Virus record (IMG/VR): IMGVR_UViG_3300049595_005065 | Length of the DNA stretch: 64,000 nucleotides | Direction: 5' to 3' (one strand) | DNA from: a virus | Lineage: Duplodnaviria; Caudoviricetes | Shown: positions 26,626-36,529 of the stretch, piece after piece | How positions within the stretch are numbered: the first letter of the stretch is position 1 | Layout of the letters: each line of letters begins with the position of its first letter | Notes under the pieces: generated by a model | What the model was told of the DNA's origin: nothing | The model's input: the letters and a program-made list of their open reading frames with translations, nothing else | Databases searched by the model: none | Position numbers and translations under genes: made by a program

Positions 26626-27552
26626 ATGACTCGCCGATCCAACGCGATGGTGGCTATTCAGACCGCGGCCGTGAAGGCTGAAACCGAAGGACCGCAGCTG
26701 AACGCGCGCCTGCAGGCCGTTGTGCGCGAAATCGACACGCTTTTTGGTGACGCACAGACCGCTAGCCTGACGGCTTTCTGGGAGATCGGCCGCCATATCC
26801 ACGACGTCGCCACCGACCCAGATACGTACCTGACCGAGGAGCAGAAGACGGCCCACGTCGACCCGACCTCGCTCCTGATCGCTGCTTTTGCGCCGGTCTA
26901 CACGGCCGAGCAGCTGCGCAGCGCTGAGGCGTTCTTTGAGAAGTATCCGTCGGAGCGCGAGCTGAACCGGCTGCTCGACCTGCGTTCCCCGGACAACCCG
27001 AAGTGGCGTATCACCACCTCGCACGTCCAGCTCCTCACGCAGATCCCCGACGACGACCAGCGCACGGCCCTGGAGGAAAAGTGCGCCGAGGAGGCCCTCC
27101 CGGCCAAGACCCTGGCGAACGAACTCCAGGAGATCCGGGGCAAGAAGCCCGGCGGCGGCCGCAAGCACCAGGCGCCCAAGGGCATCAAGAACCAGCTGTA
27201 CGACCTGCTGCAGCATCTGCGGCGCCTTGTGGGCCGTTCGGAGTCGCTCTGGCTGGGCGACGAGAACATCTACGACGACTACATGAACACCTCGCCCACG
27301 AAGCGCGCTGGCGTGCCCGAGGAGCATTTTCAGGAGCTGGGCGAGCTGCTCACCAAGGTTTCCGACGTCATCGGCGACCACATCGCCATGTACAACAAGG
27401 TGGCCGAGGCGCTCGAAGACTCGGGCGAGCAGGACGAAGAAGTGACGGAGGACGAGGATACGGAGGATTCGGAGAGCGAGATCGAGTCGGCTGCCCGTCG
27501 CGCCGCCTCGGCTGCCGCCGCCGCTCGGCGGAAGTCCAACATCACCCGTTAA
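26626..27552 (+). CDS. DUF1016-N/ParB-HTH-like putative DNA-binding protein with acidic tail
   Basis: AFWEIGRHI and TTSHVQLLTQIPDDDQRTALEEKCAEEALPAKTLANEL. Confidence 0.5.
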   Translation: MTRRSNAMVAIQTAAVKAETEGPQLNARLQAVVREIDTLFGDAQTASLTAFWEIGRHIHDVATDPDTYLTEEQKTAHVDPTSLLIAAFAPVYTAEQLRSAEAFFEKYPSERELNRLLDLRSPDNPKWRITTSHVQLLTQIPDDDQRTALEEKCAEEALPAKTLANELQEIRGKKPGGGRKHQAPKGIKNQLYDLLQHLRRLVGRSESLWLGDENIYDDYMNTSPTKRAGVPEEHFQELGELLTKVSDVIGDHIAMYNKVAEALEDSGEQDEEVTEDEDTEDSESEIESAARRAASAAAAARRKSNITR

Positions 27553-27563
27553 GAAAGTTCCGC

Positions 27564-28112
27564 ATGTTCTTTGTTCGTGAAATCCCCGTGGTCATCGAAC
27601 CGGGCGTTGCTGTGTTGGAAGCTGAAATCACTGTCAGCGGTCCCAAGACGGGCGAACGGAAGATGGCGGCGCATTTCTTTCGCGTCCCTCTCGACGAGAA
27701 GGTCGCGCCGAAACTTCCCCTGGTTCCGACGACGGAGCACCCGCATGTCTTCTCGTTGCACGAGGACATCGACAAGTCGCCCGCCCTGCTGGTCTACGAC
27801 CTGCTCGGGCGCCTTTCATTGCTTTATACCCGCGACCAAAATCGCCGGTCCTGGGAGCGGCACGCGGTCATTGACGAGCACGCAGGCAAGAGCATCACCC
27901 AGTTTTCGGTGCGCTTCTGCTTCAGCGCCGTGAAGGACCGCAACAAGTTCGTATCGTTACTCGACGGCATGATCCAGCAGATCCGCAACGGCGAGACAGT
28001 CTCCAAGGCAGACATGACGTCCGCCCTGACGCTCCTGTCTCGATCGAGGGTCGCGCCGGTGATCCTGCCGGTGGCTGTCGCCAAGAGCAAACTGAAAAAC
28101 GTGCAGCTGTAA
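27564..28112 (+). CDS. Hypothetical protein
   Basis: ATG at 27564 within track ORF 27003-28112. Confidence 0.6.
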   Translation: MFFVREIPVVIEPGVAVLEAEITVSGPKTGERKMAAHFFRVPLDEKVAPKLPLVPTTEHPHVFSLHEDIDKSPALLVYDLLGRLSLLYTRDQNRRSWERHAVIDEHAGKSITQFSVRFCFSAVKDRNKFVSLLDGMIQQIRNGETVSKADMTSALTLLSRSRVAPVILPVAVAKSKLKNVQL

Positions 28113-28143
28113 GGGCTGCGCGTAGTTTCCAGGGACGGAAACA

Positions 28144-28908
28144 ATGGCGTGTGACACTCCGGAACTTTGCGTCTGCGTCCTGTTCTACGGGGAGGACGAG
28201 GTGGCTTTGCCGCTGGCCCAGCGCGTGCTCAACGCGCCGCTGCGGCAGCTGGCCAAGCAGAACGTTGAGTTTCGGTTCGGTTTCAACGCTGTAGGCGAGA
28301 AGACCAGGGCGTACGTGCGCGAGGCCGTTGAGACCGATTTTCACAGACATCTGTGGATCGAGCCCGAGGGCAACATTTTCAAGTACCCGATCATGAGAAG
28401 GATGCTCCATGAGCAGCCGCTCCGCGCCCCGCTCACGATGTGGTTCGACGATGACTCCTGTCTCGCTTCGGACTGCGACGTGGCCGCGTGGTGGCCAAGG
28501 GTCAAGAATCTGCTCGACACGTACGCCATGGTCGGATCGCTCTACAAACAACGACTGCTGGGCGACCAGCCGATCTGGATCAAAAACCAGTGGTGGTACA
28601 ACCAGAAGCCCATACCGCCCTACGTCAAGTTCATCACGGGCGGCTGGTGGACCATCCGCTCGGAGATCCTGCTGCGGTACGACTGGCCGACGCCAGAGCT
28701 GCGGCACCGCGGCGGCGACGTGATGCTGGGCGCCCTGTGCGCGCAGCAGGACATACCGATTACACACTTCCGGGATAAGGTCTGGATCAACGCCAATGCC
28801 GAAGGGGTCGAAAGCAAAGCGCCGCGCCGAGGCTGCAATGAAACGCCCATCGGCATCCGCCGCGGTTCCGGCCCCACTGCCACGAGAAACACTCTTGGCC
28901 CAGGGTAA
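28144..28908 (+). CDS. GT-A fold glycosyltransferase-like protein
   Basis: WFDDDS (DxD); FITGGWW; GGDVMLG. Confidence 0.65.
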   Translation: MACDTPELCVCVLFYGEDEVALPLAQRVLNAPLRQLAKQNVEFRFGFNAVGEKTRAYVREAVETDFHRHLWIEPEGNIFKYPIMRRMLHEQPLRAPLTMWFDDDSCLASDCDVAAWWPRVKNLLDTYAMVGSLYKQRLLGDQPIWIKNQWWYNQKPIPPYVKFITGGWWTIRSEILLRYDWPTPELRHRGGDVMLGALCAQQDIPITHFRDKVWINANAEGVESKAPRRGCNETPIGIRRGSGPTATRNTLGPG

Positions 28909-28984
28909 GTGCTGCGGACGCGGCTGTACCAACTGTCCCTATGATCCGCCGCACGTTCGCGGCAGTACGAAAGTCCAACCATGA
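28838..28984 (+). CDS. DUF5522-like small Cys-rich protein
   Basis: LLAQGKCCGRGCTNCPY; overlaps the upstream gene by 71 nt. Confidence 0.6.
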   Translation: MKRPSASAAVPAPLPRETLLAQGKCCGRGCTNCPYDPPHVRGSTKVQP

Positions 28985-29379
28985 AACTGACGACCGACAC
29001 CGTCGACATCGACACATCCCGCGCGCGGTGGCCCAAGGACCAGCCGTTCCGGCCCGCCCTGATCAAGAGCCGCAAGCAGGACAAGCGCAAGTGGGTGGTG
29101 CTGTCCGAGCCGCTCCTGCCCGGACAGGAGCCGCAGTGGGCCTACACGGAGCACGACGAGTACATTCGTATTCCCGTGTTTCCCTACATGCTCAGCCCGC
29201 GGGGCGACCAGGCGTTGGCGTTCATGCTCCAACTCGGGCTCTCCTGCGCCGCCCACCTGCCGCAGCCCATCTCGGAACTGTACATCGTGACCGGCGTTCC
29301 GGTTCAGCTTCTCTACGGACCTGACAACGAGTGCACCGGGATGCGCTGCTGGGTTGGGTTCGCCATCATCACGGAGTAA
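28981..29379 (+). CDS. Hypothetical protein
   Basis: Coupled ATGA overlap. Confidence 0.6.
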   Translation: MKLTTDTVDIDTSRARWPKDQPFRPALIKSRKQDKRKWVVLSEPLLPGQEPQWAYTEHDEYIRIPVFPYMLSPRGDQALAFMLQLGLSCAAHLPQPISELYIVTGVPVQLLYGPDNECTGMRCWVGFAIITE

Positions 29380-29381
29380 CC

Positions 29382-29807
29382 ATGGCAACGATTCCTGTAA
29401 CCATTAATTCCTGTAACGTACCGACGGCGCAGCCTGAGACCGAGCCGACCGATCCGGCGGGCATCATCGCGACGGCAGGCAAGAAGATCGCCGCGGCCTA
29501 CCGGCGCTACGACGAGTTGCGCGTGCTGACGGCGCAGCTCAACGGCCTGCAGAACGAAGACCCGATTCCCGAGGCGGTTCAGATTCGCGAGGTCACGATC
29601 GACTTCACCGTGAATGGGCAAGCCAAGACGGCCTCCCTCCGCAGCATTCACAAGGTTGGCGACCTGGCCGACCTGCTGGGTCGCGAGACCGAAGCGCTCA
29701 TCAAGCTCATCCTGGAGCAAGCGACGGCCGCGCAGGCGAACGCCACGGCGGTTGTCGAGGCCTGCCTCCGGTCCAGCGCCGCCATTAAACCCCCGCAAAT
29801 CGTATGA
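29382..29807 (+). CDS. Hypothetical protein
   Basis: GGAG RBS; coupled to the next gene. Confidence 0.6.
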   Translation: MATIPVTINSCNVPTAQPETEPTDPAGIIATAGKKIAAAYRRYDELRVLTAQLNGLQNEDPIPEAVQIREVTIDFTVNGQAKTASLRSIHKVGDLADLLGRETEALIKLILEQATAAQANATAVVEACLRSSAAIKPPQIV

Positions 29808-30637
29808 AAGTCAAAGGCTTCAGTTTCAGCCGCGTCAAAGAACGGCGCGACCGGATTTTTGCCCACGCCCTGCGGCCGTACATCGCGGCGCGGATCGTGG
29901 GCGAAACCGTGAAGGACATCTGCAAGGACATCGCCAAGGAGCTGCCGCAGACCGCCTCGCGTGACGCCCTTTTTGAGTCAATCCGGGTCATGGCGGGCAC
30001 GCTTCTCACGCAGCGCGACGCCCGTGAGCTGGCCTGGCGCCTGGCAGGAAACGTCGACCGGCTCCAGGCGGGCCAGCGGGTTCTCCCCTGGACGCGGCAG
30101 ATCGAGGACGAGATCGTCCCCGTGCGCATCGAGCGGATCTACGCCGAAAAGCGCCGCGACAGCCACGGCTACACGCTGCACTGCCGCGCTCTGGCCGGGA
30201 CACCCTGCCCGATGGTTTTCCCGCAGTTCTTCAGCACCCGCAGCTGTCGGGCGATCTCGCGTACGCTGGGCTTCTCGGCAAGCTGGGGCACGTACCCCAT
30301 GCACACGCCGCTCCACTTCATGGGGCTGATGTTCTTCGCCCACATCGAGGCAGACAAGAGCGGCGAGACGCCGTACTTCAAGACAGTCAGCAACACCAGC
30401 GGCCTGGTTGCGCAGAACCGTCCCAAGATCGAAGTCCGCTGCCGGGTGAAGCCGTGCCCACGGGGATACCGACATGCCTGCGACAAGTGCTGGCTTGGAC
30501 AGGACGAATGCCCGGCGGCGATCTACCCGCGGAGTTTAATTCAACGGGAGTGCGCTCAGTGCGCTACGATGGGTTTTTTCGAGCCCGACGACGATGGAAC
30601 CGTTTGCCTGAATTGCCGAGGCTCGCACCATCAATGA
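29804..30637 (+). CDS. Hypothetical protein with Cys-rich (Zn-binding) C-terminus
   Basis: CP..CDKC..C..CAQC..CLNC. Confidence 0.7.
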   Translation: MKVKGFSFSRVKERRDRIFAHALRPYIAARIVGETVKDICKDIAKELPQTASRDALFESIRVMAGTLLTQRDARELAWRLAGNVDRLQAGQRVLPWTRQIEDEIVPVRIERIYAEKRRDSHGYTLHCRALAGTPCPMVFPQFFSTRSCRAISRTLGFSASWGTYPMHTPLHFMGLMFFAHIEADKSGETPYFKTVSNTSGLVAQNRPKIEVRCRVKPCPRGYRHACDKCWLGQDECPAAIYPRSLIQRECAQCATMGFFEPDDDGTVCLNCRGSHHQ

Positions 30638-30652
30638 TTTGCGAGGCGCGCC

Positions 30653-31333
30653 ATGGGACGGATCCTTTACTGCACGGCGGTCTACAACCGCTGGGACACT
30701 TTTCAGGTCCTGCTAGAAAGTTTTCTCGCGCTTACGGCGCAGCCTGGTAACGAAACCGACCGGCTGCAGATTTACGATTGGGACGGTTCGGGCAAAGATA
30801 TCTATTCAAATTCGCCGCCCGGGGTTCACTACTACGCAGCGCATGAGTACGGCCACATCAACCGGGCCCACGCGCGCAACCAGTCCGTGCGGCTGGCGCA
30901 ACCGATGCTGGACGACCTGGTGTTTTTTGTGGACTGTGATATGGTGCTGCCAGCAGACTTCTCCGAGCGCGTGCGCACCCATGTCAAGCCTGGCCAGGCC
31001 TACTTCCCAATTTGTTACTCGCTCTACGAGGGCGCGCCGCAGGTGGTCACCGAGGACGGGCGGCCCTATCGCCGCGCGCCAGGTTCCACGGCAAACGGCT
31101 GGTGGCGGGAAAGCGGCCGGGGAAATTGCGGTTTTGTGGCGGACGACTTCTTCAAGCTGGGCGGCTGGGACGGCCAGCGGTGGGGCGCGCGGTACGGTCG
31201 CGAAGACGACGATGTGTACTGGCGCGCGCATCAAAGCATGACGATTTACCGGGAGCGTGTCCCCGGCTTCTTCCACCAGTGGCACCCCAAGCCGCCGGAA
31301 GAACAAAATCCTTCCACGAAGGGAAAATCATGA
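30653..31333 (+). CDS. Glycosyltransferase, chondroitin GalNAc-transferase/GT7-like
   Basis: LVFFVDCDM; AYFPICYSLY; GWWRESGRG; DFFKLGGWD; YGREDDDVY. Confidence 0.8.
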   Translation: MGRILYCTAVYNRWDTFQVLLESFLALTAQPGNETDRLQIYDWDGSGKDIYSNSPPGVHYYAAHEYGHINRAHARNQSVRLAQPMLDDLVFFVDCDMVLPADFSERVRTHVKPGQAYFPICYSLYEGAPQVVTEDGRPYRRAPGSTANGWWRESGRGNCGFVADDFFKLGGWDGQRWGARYGREDDDVYWRAHQSMTIYRERVPGFFHQWHPKPPEEQNPSTKGKS

Positions 31334-31974
31334 CGATTGGTTACAAAAAGAAAGACAGTAACGGCCCGCTGTATCACCCGGAGCGGGATTACGCCTACAT
31401 CACGCCGACCCTGATGAAGACAGCGATCGAGAACCTCGAGGCGCCGTCGACAGAGTTTCGCCAGTGGAAAGAAAACAACGAGATTTCCGAGGCTGAAATC
31501 ATCGCCGTCGCCGAGGCCCTTGCTGACGCGCAGCGTGATTTCGTCAACGGCGCAGACCCGGTTGATTCACTGGAAAAAGCGCTCGCCCGCCACGGCTGGT
31601 TTAAAGTGCGCCTGACTGTGCGGCTTTATTTGTTGGCAATGATCGGCGAGGTCATGATCGGCGCCTGGTTCAAGGCCGTGCGCGAGGTCACCGAGGTCGG
31701 CGAGGAAAGCCCGGCCCAGAACGAGATGTGCCGCTTTGCGGGTGCCGTACGGGAGTTTGCTGCGCGGGCAGGCGCTCCCGTTATCGATTCCAACGTCACC
31801 GCCCAGCACCTGCTCTTCCAAAACGACCTGCTCCGCGCCCGCATGGCGGTGCTTCACGAGGAGACCAGGCGCTGGCGCGATCGCGCGCTCAACGCCGAGG
31901 AGCAGATCAGCAGGCTGCAGCGCGACCGTTTTCGGCCGTGGTGGAAGAAGCTCATGGGCATCAGGGAGGCATAA
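31330..31974 (+). CDS. Hypothetical protein with C-terminal coiled coil
   Basis: ATG at 31330, coupled. Confidence 0.65.
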   Translation: MTIGYKKKDSNGPLYHPERDYAYITPTLMKTAIENLEAPSTEFRQWKENNEISEAEIIAVAEALADAQRDFVNGADPVDSLEKALARHGWFKVRLTVRLYLLAMIGEVMIGAWFKAVREVTEVGEESPAQNEMCRFAGAVREFAARAGAPVIDSNVTAQHLLFQNDLLRARMAVLHEETRRWRDRALNAEEQISRLQRDRFRPWWKKLMGIREA

Positions 31975-32613
31975 GTGGCCAAGTACAGGATGTACAAGGA
32001 CCCGGAAGAGTTTGCCGGGAAACTTGGGAAGGCGCCCGCGGACGCCATTCGCTGCCTGGGCATGGACCTGGGCAGCAACTGCGGCATCGCCATCTACGAC
32101 TATATTCCGGGGCAGAAGCTGCTCCAGGACAAGCTCCAGCTCTTCCAGTGGGACCTCTCGACGCAAGGCCTCGAGAGCGGTGCGGCCCGGTTTGTCCGGC
32201 TGCGAGCCTTTCTCAACGCCGTGCAGCCCGACGCCGTGGCCTACGAGGACGTGAAGTACTCTCCGCCCAAGGAGTTCTTCATGAATAAGAAATTTGGGAT
32301 CCCCGCCGTGCTGGCCCGCGTGGCCACCGCGAGCGAGGTCCTGGGCGGGCTTAAGGTCACTGTGGCGACCTGGGCGCAAGAGCACAACATCCTGTCGAAC
32401 GGCTACGCAATTGCCACGATCAAGAAGTTTGCCACGGGCAGCGGCCGGGCCAACAAGGAAGACATGATTGCCGCGGCCAACAAGAAGCTCGGCACCGCCT
32501 TCGACCAGTCGAAGTACAAGGCTGACGGCCTGGACAACGTGGCCGACGCCGCGTTCGTGCTGCTCATGCTGCTCCAGACGGTTCGCAACAGCGCGCCGCC
32601 CAAACCGAGGTGA
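31975..32613 (+). CDS. ruvC: RuvC-like Holliday junction resolvase
   Basis: LGMDLG; AYEDV; IKKFATGSGRANKEDM; DNVADA. Confidence 0.85.
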   Translation: MAKYRMYKDPEEFAGKLGKAPADAIRCLGMDLGSNCGIAIYDYIPGQKLLQDKLQLFQWDLSTQGLESGAARFVRLRAFLNAVQPDAVAYEDVKYSPPKEFFMNKKFGIPAVLARVATASEVLGGLKVTVATWAQEHNILSNGYAIATIKKFATGSGRANKEDMIAAANKKLGTAFDQSKYKADGLDNVADAAFVLLMLLQTVRNSAPPKPR

Positions 32614-33254
32614 CCATGGAACGGCCCGATTCGTTTCGTGAAGTCGAGCAGATTACCAACGCCGACGAGATCCGAAAGATCTCCTGCGCCGAGGCGTTGC
32701 ACAACGACTCACGCAGTCTGTGGCTGTTCACGCCCGCGTTGATGGTCACGCATGGCGGCTTTGACCGCGACCCGGTGCAGGAGTTCGACGCGCGATTTCC
32801 GCTGCCGGACGACTATCGGCCTTTTTGCGTGCAGCTCACGCGCGACAACGAGCGGTTCTTTGACGGCCTGGGCGCGCCCCCGCCGCTCCCAGGGCGTCGC
32901 GCAGTGAATTGGGACCAGCGGCTGTACGCAATTGACGAGAAGCACGCCCAGGAGTGCTTTGATTTTCTGGGCGGCGTTGCCTGGTCTGATCCGACGCGGG
33001 GCTACTTCGCCAACACGATGAGTTATGACATGCTCATCCCGGACCCGACATCCAAGACGGGCGCTGTGCTGCCGGTGAAGGTGTTTGGAGTGATTTCCAA
33101 CACGATGATTGCCTACCTGGAAGAACGACCCGGTACCCGGCCACTGGCGCGCTGCGTGCCGATGACGTCTGGTGTGTTGCCCGCCGCGCTACCCCGCAAT
33201 AATCTGCTGCTCGCCGCGCCCAAGGAAGATCCCCTGAACATGCGAGAGGACTGA
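32610..33254 (+). CDS. Hypothetical protein
   Basis: GAGG RBS, coupled. Confidence 0.6.
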   Translation: MTMERPDSFREVEQITNADEIRKISCAEALHNDSRSLWLFTPALMVTHGGFDRDPVQEFDARFPLPDDYRPFCVQLTRDNERFFDGLGAPPPLPGRRAVNWDQRLYAIDEKHAQECFDFLGGVAWSDPTRGYFANTMSYDMLIPDPTSKTGAVLPVKVFGVISNTMIAYLEERPGTRPLARCVPMTSGVLPAALPRNNLLLAAPKEDPLNMRED

Positions 33255-33706
33255 TGGCTAAAGAAAAGAAGGAAGCGGCCGCCGGTGCAGCCGACGGCGA
33301 AGCTGAAAAGATATCTTTCCATGCGGCCGTATTGAACCACGACGGCACGTATTTCACACAAGAGTTTGAAACCCTGGACGAGCTCGTGGCCTACCTCAAG
33401 GCCCGCGTCAATCAGGACGTCTCCGTGTTCGCGTTTCGCGGGACACGGTTGAAGATCTCCAAGCCCCCGATGCGCCACTTGCTCGTGCCCGGGCAGGAGC
33501 CGATCCCGCTGTTCGAGGCGCCGACGGACTTCGAGGAAGACGAGACGGGTTACCTGGGCGTCGACCCCATCAACCTCGAGGCCCCGCCACAGCTCAAGAT
33601 GCCCGGCGCAGGCCGCGCTCCGGCGCCTGCGGGCGAGGAGTTCTACGAGGATGACGACGGCGGGTTGAACGTTTTTGACTCCGTGCTTCCGGATCCGGAC
33701 AGCTAA
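33254..33706 (+). CDS. Hypothetical acidic protein
   Basis: GAGGA RBS, coupled. Confidence 0.65.
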   Translation: MAKEKKEAAAGAADGEAEKISFHAAVLNHDGTYFTQEFETLDELVAYLKARVNQDVSVFAFRGTRLKISKPPMRHLLVPGQEPIPLFEAPTDFEEDETGYLGVDPINLEAPPQLKMPGAGRAPAPAGEEFYEDDDGGLNVFDSVLPDPDS

Positions 33707-33730
33707 ACCGCGGGCATTTTGCGGGCATAT
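33702..33730 (+). promoter_or_regulatory. Promoter-like motif GCTAAA-N16-GGCATAT, copy 1
   Basis: Exact bipartite match shared with 45196, 53183 and 54024. Confidence 0.65.
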
Positions 33731-33809
33731 TAAGTGCCCACTGTGCTTGTGTTAAGCACGGATCCAATTCCGATATCGGGGCGTATGCCCGGAGAGGAGA
33801 CAGCATGCG

Positions 33810-34019
33810 GTGGCTCAATTTTTGACGCACAAAGGAAAGATCGTTCTCGAACAAATCGGCAACGGCGACACTGTGACCGTTCACTATCGAGGACAGCCAA
33901 AACCGGTGGTCGTCACCGGTGAAGATTGGAAGCAGAACAAGCGCTTCCAGCGGTATGACGAGAAGAAGCTGAAACGCCAACAAGCCTACGAGCTGTTCGA
34001 GGCTGGCAAATTGAAGTAA
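33810..34019 (+). CDS. Small hypothetical protein
   Basis: GAGGAG RBS, GTG start. Confidence 0.55.
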   Translation: MAQFLTHKGKIVLEQIGNGDTVTVHYRGQPKPVVVTGEDWKQNKRFQRYDEKKLKRQQAYELFEAGKLK

Positions 34020-34043
34020 CTCTCCCTACGAAGGAGCATAGGT

Positions 34044-35225
34044 ATGCAGACGCAGAACGAATCCAACGAGTTGCAGGCCCTCACCGAGCGCCATGTCCAG
34101 TTGCTTGAGGCGCTGGCCCCCGTGCAGCGCAACGTCCGCGGCATTGCCGTGACCAGCTGGCTGGCGGGCAAGTACCAGAAGTTCGGGGGACTGCGGTCGA
34201 TCCGCCTCCACGATCGGTACCGCAATCCCGTGGCCCGTCCGATCGGCCTGTCGCTGGAAGCCATGTCTGATGGTAGCCTGTCGTTCTCCGGCGCCATCTC
34301 GCGGCCCCGGAACGGCCGGATGCGCTACGACGTCATCTTCCGCTACGACCTGACCCGGCCGATGGTCGAGCACGCGCTGGGCGCCACGCTGCCGACGAAC
34401 AACGTCGTGCTTGCGCGGCGGGCGCTGGGGCTGCTCGAGAAGCTGCTGCGCTACGGCGAGCTCTCGCGGCGGCATCCCCGGCGTGCCCGGACGGAAGTCT
34501 TCCGGCACCCGCAGCTGATGATCCCGTTTGCGCCGGGTTGTGAGCAGGTCGACGAGGAAAAGCTGCTCGCCCTCACCGAGGGGATGCGGCCGGATCTCGT
34601 CCAGGCTTACGCCGAGCGGCTCCGGGCGGACCTGATCGACCGGACGAGTCAGCCGAGCGTGGTTCTGGTGAATGCGGCGATTGCGCCCGACACCGCGATC
34701 ATGGCGGCGGTTGACCGGAAAGTCGCGCTGGAGGACTACACCCCGGTGCTCGGCGTACCCACCGACAACCCGGTGGTGCCGCTGACCAACCCGGCGGCGC
34801 AGCTCCTCGAGAAGCACGACATCTCCAATGTGGCCGCGCTGCCGCAGGAGAAGGTCGATGCGCTGGTGGCCGAGTTTCGCGCCGCGGCTTTCCTGGGTGA
34901 CAAGCTCACCCTGGAAGAGGTCTACGACGCGCTGCTCAACCCGGAGGCTGCGGCCCTCGGCGAGAGCGGGTTCGGCGACACGCCCGAGTCGGTGATCGTG
35001 CAGGCCATGCGCAAGGCGGCCCGAAACCGCGTGGCGCAGGAGGCGACCCACGAGGACCTGATCCGGGCCGCCCGGTATCCGCGGCAGCCGCTGGTCCTGT
35101 CTCGCCTTGCGGTGACCCAGGTCGTGGCGGTCGAGGACATCCAGCTTCCGGATCCGTACGTCGGCTACTTCCTGCCGCCGCTCGACTGGGAGCCCCCTCG
35201 GAAGGCCGCGCGCTACGCGGCGTGA
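34044..35225 (+). CDS. Hypothetical protein
   Basis: AAGGAG RBS; 393 aa. Confidence 0.7.
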   Translation: MQTQNESNELQALTERHVQLLEALAPVQRNVRGIAVTSWLAGKYQKFGGLRSIRLHDRYRNPVARPIGLSLEAMSDGSLSFSGAISRPRNGRMRYDVIFRYDLTRPMVEHALGATLPTNNVVLARRALGLLEKLLRYGELSRRHPRRARTEVFRHPQLMIPFAPGCEQVDEEKLLALTEGMRPDLVQAYAERLRADLIDRTSQPSVVLVNAAIAPDTAIMAAVDRKVALEDYTPVLGVPTDNPVVPLTNPAAQLLEKHDISNVAALPQEKVDALVAEFRAAAFLGDKLTLEEVYDALLNPEAAALGESGFGDTPESVIVQAMRKAARNRVAQEATHEDLIRAARYPRQPLVLSRLAVTQVVAVEDIQLPDPYVGYFLPPLDWEPPRKAARYAA

Positions 35226-35228
35226 CCC

Positions 35229-35513
35229 ATGCGCTACCAGCTCAGACCCCCAGGCGACACGTTACGGTGGCTGTTTGCCCAAGACGGCCAGCCGCACGTA
35301 TTGCCGTTTCTCCCCGCGGAGGAAAACCGGAGTCTGGTCTGCGCGCAGCTGATCGGTGGTGAAGTTCTCGCTGAGGTTGTTCTCTCCGGAGAGCACCTCA
35401 CAGAAGTCTGTGGTCCGGGTTTTCCTCTGGGCCGACTGTATTTCCAGATTTCCAAATCTGCGCTATACAGTGTGTGTCCGGAGTTAACCCCGGCTACCTT
35501 CGGGGAGAGCTAG
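35229..35513 (+). CDS. Small hypothetical protein
   Basis: 94-aa ORF followed by a terminator. Confidence 0.55.
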   Translation: MRYQLRPPGDTLRWLFAQDGQPHVLPFLPAEENRSLVCAQLIGGEVLAEVVLSGEHLTEVCGPGFPLGRLYFQISKSALYSVCPELTPATFGES

Positions 35514-35520
35514 GTTCGGG

Positions 35521-35559
35521 GCGTCAAGCCCCGGGCTGACGCTCTTCTTTAGCTATCAG
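35521..35559 (+). terminator. Intrinsic terminator followed by GCTATCAG
   Basis: GCGTCA(A)GCC/GGCTGACGC stem, then TCTTCTTT. Confidence 0.55.
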
Positions 35560-35566
35560 GGCTTTT

Positions 35567-36529
35567 ATGAGCACGGCACAATACGCCGACCCGTCTCAAG
35601 TGCGCATGGAAAACGGCCGTTCTCTGGCCGACCTGATGCGCCGCGGGCCCGGCGGTTTAAGAGGTGTTGTTGTGGCCAAGTCGACGCCCGGTGGTTTGCC
35701 GGTCAACTACAACCCTCACGACCGCAGCCACCTCGAGGTCCACGTTGAGCCCGAGGGCGGCAACGCCGTGCTGACCATGGACCGGGTCACCTCTGAAGCC
35801 GTGGCGCAGGCGCTGGCCGTGGCAAACCAGGCTGTACAGGGAAACGACATTGATTCCATCCGGGAGCGCGCTGCCTTGGCATTCGAAGAACTGGCAAAGA
35901 TATCTAAGTCGGGCGTGAAGCGGGTGCCGGTCAAGAAAACGGCCGCGACCCCTCCGCCGCGCGAGTTCCGCGACGATGCCCCCGAAGTTACCGAGGAGCG
36001 CGAGATGCTCGAGGAGCTGGAGCAGGAGGTCGAAGCGCTGCGCAGTTTCGAGCAGCCCTTTCCGCGCCCCGCCGCTCCGCCCATCGAGAAGATCGACCGC
36101 GGCTACAGCCCCATGGCCGCTTTTGGCCTGAAGAAAGGTCCCATGGCTACGACCAGCGCGCCCGTTGTCGCCAAAAGTTCCACCAGCGGTCCGCCCCAGA
36201 AGCTCGTTTATTTCGAGAAGGAGGGCATCGGTACGGTTCCGGCCTTTTTCCACGACGTGCTCATTCACGTGGCGAGGCCCGAGCCGGACAGCCCCGAGGA
36301 ATCGGGATTTATCGTGCTGGTGTACGACGTGCGTTTTGAACAGTCGGCTGCCCGCTGGTTTCCGCCCAGTAACGATCCGTACGCGCGCCCTTGGGCCGCC
36401 AAGGTGAGCGACGACAACCGGCTGTATCTTGTTCATACCACGGGATTTCAGTACATTTACGATTCGCGGGAGTACTGTGTCCTGCGCGTGGAAAAAGCAC
36501 TCTGGGCGCCGGAAGGATCCGACGAATGA
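35567..36529 (+). CDS. Hypothetical protein
   Basis: 320-aa ORF. Confidence 0.7.
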   Translation: MSTAQYADPSQVRMENGRSLADLMRRGPGGLRGVVVAKSTPGGLPVNYNPHDRSHLEVHVEPEGGNAVLTMDRVTSEAVAQALAVANQAVQGNDIDSIRERAALAFEELAKISKSGVKRVPVKKTAATPPPREFRDDAPEVTEEREMLEELEQEVEALRSFEQPFPRPAAPPIEKIDRGYSPMAAFGLKKGPMATTSAPVVAKSSTSGPPQKLVYFEKEGIGTVPAFFHDVLIHVARPEPDSPEESGFIVLVYDVRFEQSAARWFPPSNDPYARPWAAKVSDDNRLYLVHTTGFQYIYDSREYCVLRVEKALWAPEGSDE

